A program made the translations under genes and the position numbers. The notes beneath the pieces were generated by a model. It was given only the letters and a program-made list of their open reading frames with translations, had not been told where the DNA came from and searched no databases. This document shows positions 55,201-60,255 of a stretch of 64,000 nt of DNA, one piece after another; positions within the stretch are counted from its first letter, which is position 1; every line of letters begins with the position of its first letter. Source of the stretch: an uncultured Acidobacteriota bacterium (GTDB taxonomy: Bacteria; Acidobacteriota; Vicinamibacteria; Vicinamibacterales; CAVVIG01); the NCBI GenBank assembly GCA_963770995.1, contig CAVYRS010000001.1:502815-566814 (forward strand), written 5' to 3'.

Positions 55201-55417
55201 GCCGGAGGTTTTCAATCCTGTACGCCCCGTTCGAGTCGGTGGTGACCGACCGCACCCTTTCGATGAGCGCGTCGCTAGCGGCTTCCACGGTCACGCCCGG
55301 AAGCACGGCGCCGGTGGTGTCCTTGACCACGCCGGCGAACGCGCTCTGTGCGCGGGCGGTCGTCGGCCACGCCAGCAGACACGCTAGCGCAAATACCGAC
55401 AGCAGTAGTCTTCTCAT
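52295..55417 (-). CDS. TonB-dependent receptor-like outer-membrane barrel with CarboxypepD_reg domain
   Basis: 1040 aa. Signal peptide, then GVVKDTTGAVLPGVTVEAASDALIERVRSVTTDSNGAYRIENLRPGIYSLTF. C-terminal ...LRLAAVVNW. GGAGGA upstream. Confidence 0.9.
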   Translation of the reverse strand: MRRLLLSVFALACLLAWPTTARAQSAFAGVVKDTTGAVLPGVTVEAASDALIERVRSVTTDSNGAYRIENLRPGIYSLTFSLPGFSSVKKDAIELPSNFTSTINGDLKVGTVEETVTVSGESPVVDVQTNIKAQVLSRDVLDAVPSAHTIQSVGQLVVGVSLTAPDVGGSQAMQQTYFTVHGLGAAQTTVTIDGMIMNGLQGDGAIQSYLNEGANQEMVYQTGGGTVDSPTGGVKINLVPKEGGNRFSGSLFEGYESSKMQSNNLTPKLESLGVRTVDKIGTYNDTNFTQGGPLKKDKMWFFASFRLFTVNKPIANTLVSDGTPAGIQRCQAALAGRGGALCPQGVDPQHQYSYLGRLTWQISPRNKLSGYYDRVLKDRGAAMAPGDDQTTSSVLWNSPLYTTNSVKWTSTVSSRLLIEGGYSGNIERYNNLYQPGIEKPYGSPEWFSNARHVDAGAGLTWKASALQNNVYPDRYNAQASATYVTGTHSVKVGFQDSWGPFNRASYANGDLYQNYVQVNGVETPQTVTVFATPARWRDRLNASLGIFAQDIWTLNRLTLTYGGRWEYVNEQVDGQPAQSGRFANIPAYGDKQMPIWKSFSPRTGVVYDLQGNGKTALKFGFNKFMAAATTTLAELYDPGAGNIINATLPWTDKNLDDVAQGARGCAFATDPTCEINFASLPSNFGTVSLAEPDPGLTRPYVLQGNTGITRELFQGVSVSFDWFHNVSKGFMERNNVNRPGTLNADGTVTNASYRPVTVFSPIDGTPITVFDVASAAVGTLAAKNIDTNDPGLKQTYNSFEMGFNARLPRGARLSGGFGTERTIAYTCTAAASNPNFLIRIGGANYCDQENSGIPWRTGIKLVGMVPLPWYGLVFAGAYQGLPGYVLGTSALTAGGAGAPNFANISGLASQLTVTAATRYTACPGNSASQGCVVGALIAPGALSTLTVPLDAPNTLLTPRLNQLDLSVSKRITVGRFRIDPKVDVFNALNSSDFFTARSTTYTLTGVGATPTAVNGSSGSYLLPGSIIQGRLLRLAAVVNW

Positions 55418-55531
55418 GCTGTTTCCTCCTCGGAGTCCACGAGAACCAAAGTTTGGTCCGAGGAAAAACCTACACCGAAGGGTGGCGAGAATCTACGGGG
55501 AATTTGACAAACGGAGACGTCTGGCCCGCCG

Positions 55532-57574
55532 TTACGGAAACTTGGATCCGGGCATGCGGTAGGGTCGCCCCTCTTCATACATCTGCAATCGCTCCCGGAA
55601 GCGGGCCGCCACCTCGTGCGCCCCCGCCGCCGCCGCCGTGTCTACCCCAGCCCTGGCGGTTTTCACGGCTTCGGTGAAGCGTCCGGCAGCGGCATACGCC
55701 GCCGCCAGCGCGTCGAGCGATGCGACATCGCGTCCCTCGGTGACACTCACCGCCCGTTCTCCCAGCGAGATCGCTTCGGCGGCGTTGCGAAGGGCGGGAT
55801 CGGCAGCGGTCGCCCGGATCCAGGCCAGCCCGGCCAGCGCCGGCGCGAAATCGGGTGTCAGCGTCAGCGCGCTCCTGAGCACACCCATGGCCTCGGCCGT
55901 TCGTCCCTGCGCCGACAACAGAAGGCCGAGATTCGCGCGCGCCTGGACGTTGTCCGGACGCAAGGCGATGGCTCGGCGATAGTGCTCCAGAGCCGGCTCC
56001 GTGCGTCCGAGCATGTGAAGCACGGCCCCCAGATTGTTGTGCGCCTGCGCGTAGTCGGGGTCGATGCCGAGCGCGGCGTCGAATGCCAACACGGCTTGTT
56101 CGCGCAACCCGCGCACCGACAACGCGATTCCGAGGTTGTAGTGCGTCTGCGCGGAGCGCGGATCGAGCCTGAGCGACTCGCTGTATTCGGCAATCGCCTC
56201 GTCGTACTGCCCGCCCTCGAGGTACAGATTCGCGACCGCGTCGTGGCGCAGCGGATCGTCGGGCGCATTGCGCAGGAGTTTGGAGTACGCGGCGAGATCG
56301 TCGGCACGCGCCTTACTGCGAACGTCCGTAGCCAGGCGCTGATGATCTGCGCCGGTCCGCGCTGCCACCTGCAGCCACAGATCGCCCATTTCGTCGGTCG
56401 TGTTCTGCCCCCACACGACGCGCACCGGCGGCTGATGCGGATTGCGCACGTTCTCGGCGGAGTTGTCGTAGGTGTAGCGCATTGCAACCGTGGTCCCCTT
56501 GGGCAAGGCGATCGGCGACGCGAAGCGGTAGACGTCCTGCCACCGGAAATCCCAGTCGTCGATGGCGATGAGCGGCCGCGTGGACCCGTCGGGCAGGGTC
56601 GCGTTCGCCTCCATGCGGCGCGCCAGGTTGTGCGCGTGCGGCTGCACGGCCAGCACGTCGACGTCGACGGGCAGCGCGTACCGATCGGTGATGACGTGCG
56701 CGCGATCGCCGGCGGGAACGTCGATTGTCTCGCTGCCGAGACGAAGGCCGACCGGCGTGCGTGTAGGCGGCGCGTCCGTCAAGAACAGCCCGATAGTGGG
56801 CTGGACCGGCTCGGGCTTCCCGGTCGGTTGCAGGTGCAGCTGGACGACGAGGTCGCTTCCCGGATCGAGCCGCCATTGCATGCCGTCAGGCGACGCGTGC
56901 GGCGCCTGACCCGGGGTCCAGCCGAGGAGTTGCCCTTCCGGATAGCGCGCCTCGACCACCATGCTTCCCGTGTATCCCGGCTCGGCGTCGCGGCGATCGA
57001 GCTGGCGCGACGACTGTGTTCGATCGATCCCAAGGTTCGCGTGGTGCACGACCCGGGCGTTGCCCGGCTGGAACTCAATCGCGCGCACGTAGCGGGGCGA
57101 GGTGAGTGGAATCGGAATCACGAACGTGCGGAACACATCGGGTCCATCCGCGCGCACGGTATACGCCTCGGCCATGCGGACGACGAGGTCGGGCGTGCCG
57201 AGCTGCCAGCCATCGGCGAATCTCGGGGGCGGCGAGAGGTCGGAGTGATCGCCTTCGACGGCGCCGGCGGCAATCCAGCGCTGCAATGTGTCGAGCTCGG
57301 CATCTGAGAGTCGCCGTTCGTTTTGAAAGTTACCCTTTCCCGCCACGGGCTTCCACGGCGGCATCACACGCCGCGCGGTCACCGCCGCAATCTGCGTCAG
57401 CCGCCTCTTCACATCGTCATACGTGAGCAGGCTGAAGGGACCGATCTCGCCGGGGCGATGGCAGTTCGCGCAGCGGGACCAGATGATCGGTGCGATGTTT
57501 TTGGTGAACGTGAGGCGCGGTTGAGCCGACACAGAGGGGACGGAGAACACGGAGACAAACAGCCACAGAGACAC
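55532..57574 (-). CDS. haem-c/PHM-like copper monooxygenase-fold + C-terminal TPR protein (intact paralogue; start uncertain, GTG 57574 proposed)
   Basis: WSRCANCHRPGE (CxxCH), VVHHANLG, VVQLHLQP, QPHAHNLA, WDFRWQ, NTTDEMGDLWLQV, then about 7 TPR units. The hydrophobic signal segment SLWLFVSVFSVPSVSAQP is encoded by a repeat arm. The track ORF 5' extension to 57994 crosses repeats. Confidence 0.75.
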   Translation of the reverse strand: MSLWLFVSVFSVPSVSAQPRLTFTKNIAPIIWSRCANCHRPGEIGPFSLLTYDDVKRRLTQIAAVTARRVMPPWKPVAGKGNFQNERRLSDAELDTLQRWIAAGAVEGDHSDLSPPPRFADGWQLGTPDLVVRMAEAYTVRADGPDVFRTFVIPIPLTSPRYVRAIEFQPGNARVVHHANLGIDRTQSSRQLDRRDAEPGYTGSMVVEARYPEGQLLGWTPGQAPHASPDGMQWRLDPGSDLVVQLHLQPTGKPEPVQPTIGLFLTDAPPTRTPVGLRLGSETIDVPAGDRAHVITDRYALPVDVDVLAVQPHAHNLARRMEANATLPDGSTRPLIAIDDWDFRWQDVYRFASPIALPKGTTVAMRYTYDNSAENVRNPHQPPVRVVWGQNTTDEMGDLWLQVAARTGADHQRLATDVRSKARADDLAAYSKLLRNAPDDPLRHDAVANLYLEGGQYDEAIAEYSESLRLDPRSAQTHYNLGIALSVRGLREQAVLAFDAALGIDPDYAQAHNNLGAVLHMLGRTEPALEHYRRAIALRPDNVQARANLGLLLSAQGRTAEAMGVLRSALTLTPDFAPALAGLAWIRATAADPALRNAAEAISLGERAVSVTEGRDVASLDALAAAYAAAGRFTEAVKTARAGVDTAAAAGAHEVAARFRERLQMYEEGRPYRMPGSKFP

Positions 57575-57859
57575 GGAGACACAGAGGGGCGCGCCGCAGG
57601 AGATTCGGCGGGAGCGCCGCGATGCGGCGCACTGTGGCCGAACCGATCGGAAACGTGAACCTGGAACATCCGAGAGGTTCACGTTTCCGGTCGGTTCGAC
57701 CACAGCGCCCGGCCTGCTCCGCAGGCCGTCCCGCCGAACTGCGAGCGCGCCTCGCGTTCCGCGCCACCCGAACTCTCTTGTTTCCACGCTGTCTTCTCTG
57801 TGTCTCTGTGTCTCCGTGGCTGAATCACTCCGTGAGCTCTGCTTCCTCCGTGTCCTCCG
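57528..57859. repeat. nested composite inverted repeat in a divergent 5' region
   Basis: The outer arms are built of ACACAGAG/ACACGGAG units (57528-57589) and their inverse CTCTGTGT/CTCCGTG units (57775-57859). The inner 25-bp inverted repeat is CCGAACCGATCGGAAACGTGAACCT / AGGTTCACGTTTCCGGTCGGTTCGA (~57638-57700), with 1 mismatch. Confidence 0.8.
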
Positions 57860-57937
57860 CGCTGGTTTAGCATAGCGCTGTTGCCGCCCAAGAAAGTCGT
57901 TCGACCGCTCGCGCTGGAAACCCGCGTCGATCGCCCG

Positions 57938-60187
57938 ATGCTGCTGCCGGCGGTCGCGATCTTCGCGATCGCGTTCGGCATCCGGCTCGTGCACGTGTTG
58001 CAGATTCGATCCGCGCCGTTCTTCTCCGTCCTGATGGGCGACTCCCGCGGGTACGACGAGTGGGCACAGCGGATCGCGGCCGGCGACTGGTGGGGGACGG
58101 AGGTCTTCTATCAGGCGCCGCTGTATCCGTACTTCCTCGGCGTTCTGTACTCGGTCGCGGGCCGGTCGCTGCTGCTCGTGCGGCTCGTCCAGGCGGCGAT
58201 CGGGTCGGCGTCGTGCGTGCTGGTCGCCCTCGCCGCCGCGCGATTGATCTCGCGCCGCGCGGGCATTGCAGCCGGACTGATCCTGGCGTTGTACGCGCCC
58301 GCGATTTTCTTCGACGGTCTGCTGCAGAAGTCGGTGCTCGACGTGTTCTTCGTCAGCCTCGCGCTGTTATTGATCGCCCGGATCGAGACGGTCCGCCTAA
58401 AGGCGGACCCCACGTACGAGAAAAGGCCGGTAGGTGGGGTCCGGCTTCAGCCGGACCTACATTGGCTCTTGCTCGGCCTCGCGATCGGCGGGCTGAGCCT
58501 GACGCGCGAAAACGCGCTCGTCTTCGTCGTCGTTCTGCTCGCGTGGGCGCTGATGCGTTCATGGCCTTTGCGGTCTCCGCGGTCTTTGCGTTCACCTGCT
58601 GCGCTCCTCCTGGGCCTCGCGCTGGTTCTCGTTCCAGTCGCGACGCGCAACACGCTCGTCGGCGGCGGCTTCTTCATCACGACGTCGCAGTTCGGCCCCA
58701 ACTTCTACATCGGCAACAACTCGAAAGCAGACGGGACGTACGCCTCGCTGCGCTTCGGGCGAGGCGCGCCGGAATACGAACGGCAGGACGCCACCGAGCT
58801 CGCCGAGCTCTCGTTGGGGCACCGGCTCCCGCCTGGAGAGGTGTCGAGCTACTGGACCGATCGCGCGCTGCAGTACATCACCTCACAACCGGGCGCGTGG
58901 GCACGGCTGATGGCGAGGAAGGCCGCGCTGCTGGTAAACCGGGCGGAAATGGTGGACACCGAAGATCAGGCGACCCACGCCGAGTGGTCGCTGCCGCTCC
59001 GCCTGCTCGGGCCCGTGGCGCATTTCGGCGTGCTCGTTCCACTCGCGATGCTCGGCATCGTCGCGACGTGGCCCCAGCGATCGCGGCTCGGTGTCCTGCT
59101 CGCCCTGCTGGTCGTCTACGCCGCGAGCGTGGTGATGTTCTACGTCTTCGCGCGGTATCGATATCCGCTGGTGCCGATGCTGATCGTGTTTGCGGCCGTC
59201 GCGCTCGTCGAATCACCGCGATTCGCGCGATCGCTCACGAAGGGCTCTACCACGGAGGACACGGCCACAAACGGAGGACACAGAAAACCAAAGGATTCCG
59301 TGCCCGCCGTTCGCCACAGTGCCCTCCGTGGTGAAGCCGTGTGGACGGTCGTGGCGATTGTCGGGACCGCGGTCCTGACCAATTGGCCGCTGCTGTCGAC
59401 GAACAACATGCGCGCGGTCACCGAGAACAATCTCGCCGCCGCGTTGCAGGCCACCGGCCGCCTCGACGAGGCCGAAGCACACTATCGCCGCGCCGTCGAT
59501 TTTCGTCCCGACTACGCGCCCGCCTACAGCAACCTCGGAACCGTGCAGCGCGCGCGCGGGCGGCGCGCTGACTCCATCGCCTCGTACGAGCAGGCGCTGC
59601 GCCTGCAGCCTGATTATCCAGACGCGCACTACAACCTCGCCAACGCGCTCACGGACGACGGGCGATCCGCGGAGGCGATCCAGCACTTTCAGATCGCGTT
59701 GCGGTCCGTGCCCGGATCAGCCGAGGTGCACAACAACCTTGGCATCGCGCTCGCGTCGAGCGGGAAACGCGACGAGGCGATCGCGGAATTCGAAGCTGCC
59801 CTACGCGCCGATCCGGCGGCGGCGAAGGCGCATCGCAACCTCGGCGACGCGCTGCTGGCAGCCGGGCGCGGACCGGAAGCGCTGACCCACTTCAAACGCG
59901 CCACCGAACTGGCGCCAGACGAGGGCTCGTTCCACTACGACTACGGGAGCGTGCTGCTCGAGGCGGGACGTCCGCAGGACGCCGCGGCCGAATTCCGCGC
60001 CGCGCTGAAGTCGATGCCCCGCGCACCCGAGGTGCACAACAACCTGGGCATCGCGCTCGGATCGCTGGGGAAGCTGGACGAGGCGATCGAGCAGTTTCAG
60101 GAGGCGCTGAGCATCAAGCCGGACTTCGCTGATGCGCGCAGGAATTTGACAATGGCTGGCGAGGCACGAAAACGCAAAACACCCTAG
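57938..60187 (+). CDS. GT39/ArnT-like membrane glycosyltransferase fused to C-terminal TPR domain, with several repeat-derived in-frame segments
   Basis: ATG 57938. N-terminal polytopic part: FFSVLMGDSRGYDEWAQRIAAGDWWGTEVFYQAPLYPYFLGVLY. The C-terminus has about 7 TPR units (AHYRRAVDFRPDYAPAYSNLG...). In-frame repeat segments lie at 58389-58461, 58567-58593 and 59250-59331. Confidence 0.85.
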   Translation: MLLPAVAIFAIAFGIRLVHVLQIRSAPFFSVLMGDSRGYDEWAQRIAAGDWWGTEVFYQAPLYPYFLGVLYSVAGRSLLLVRLVQAAIGSASCVLVALAAARLISRRAGIAAGLILALYAPAIFFDGLLQKSVLDVFFVSLALLLIARIETVRLKADPTYEKRPVGGVRLQPDLHWLLLGLAIGGLSLTRENALVFVVVLLAWALMRSWPLRSPRSLRSPAALLLGLALVLVPVATRNTLVGGGFFITTSQFGPNFYIGNNSKADGTYASLRFGRGAPEYERQDATELAELSLGHRLPPGEVSSYWTDRALQYITSQPGAWARLMARKAALLVNRAEMVDTEDQATHAEWSLPLRLLGPVAHFGVLVPLAMLGIVATWPQRSRLGVLLALLVVYAASVVMFYVFARYRYPLVPMLIVFAAVALVESPRFARSLTKGSTTEDTATNGGHRKPKDSVPAVRHSALRGEAVWTVVAIVGTAVLTNWPLLSTNNMRAVTENNLAAALQATGRLDEAEAHYRRAVDFRPDYAPAYSNLGTVQRARGRRADSIASYEQALRLQPDYPDAHYNLANALTDDGRSAEAIQHFQIALRSVPGSAEVHNNLGIALASSGKRDEAIAEFEAALRADPAAAKAHRNLGDALLAAGRGPEALTHFKRATELAPDEGSFHYDYGSVLLEAGRPQDAAAEFRAALKSMPRAPEVHNNLGIALGSLGKLDEAIEQFQEALSIKPDFADARRNLTMAGEARKRKTP
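58389..58461. repeat. two palindromic-element copies in frame inside the glycosyltransferase ORF
   Basis: ACGGTCCGCCTAAAGGCGGACCCCACGTA (58389-58417) and TAGGTGGGGTCCGGCTTCAGCCGGACCTACA (58431-58461), translated TVRLKADPTYEKRPVGGVRLQPDLH. Confidence 0.9.
59250..59331. repeat. degenerate CACGGAGG-type hairpin element in frame in the linker between the GT39 and TPR domains
   Basis: CCACGGAGGACACGGCCACAAACGGAGGACACAG, loop, CCGTGCCCGCCGTTCGCCACAGTGCCCTCCGTGG. About 24 of 34 arm positions are complementary. Translated STTEDTATNGGHRKPKDSVPAVRHSALRGE. Confidence 0.75.
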
Positions 60188-60247
60188 AGTGCTTCACGAA
60201 CAAAGCACCCTAAGGTGCTGTTCGAGAAGAGCACTCTAGAGTGCTGG
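60184..60247. repeat. multi-hairpin element of alternating GTGCT / AGCAC blocks between convergent genes (candidate bidirectional terminator)
   Basis: CTAGAGTGCTTCACGAACAAAGCACCCTAAGGTGCTGTTCGAGAAGAGCACTCTAGAGTGCTGG. It contains the perfect palindrome AGCACTCTAGAGTGCT and two further GTGCT...AGCAC stems. Confidence 0.75.
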
Positions 60248-60255
60248 TCCAAGTC

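Noticed and set aside
55504-55509. Perfect TTGACA -35 hexamer on the + strand
   Set aside because: There is no + strand gene downstream; the next + gene starts at ~57.9 kb. The hexamer is part of a 12-mer conserved upstream of two - strand TBDR genes, so it is better read on the - strand as part of their leader or promoter.
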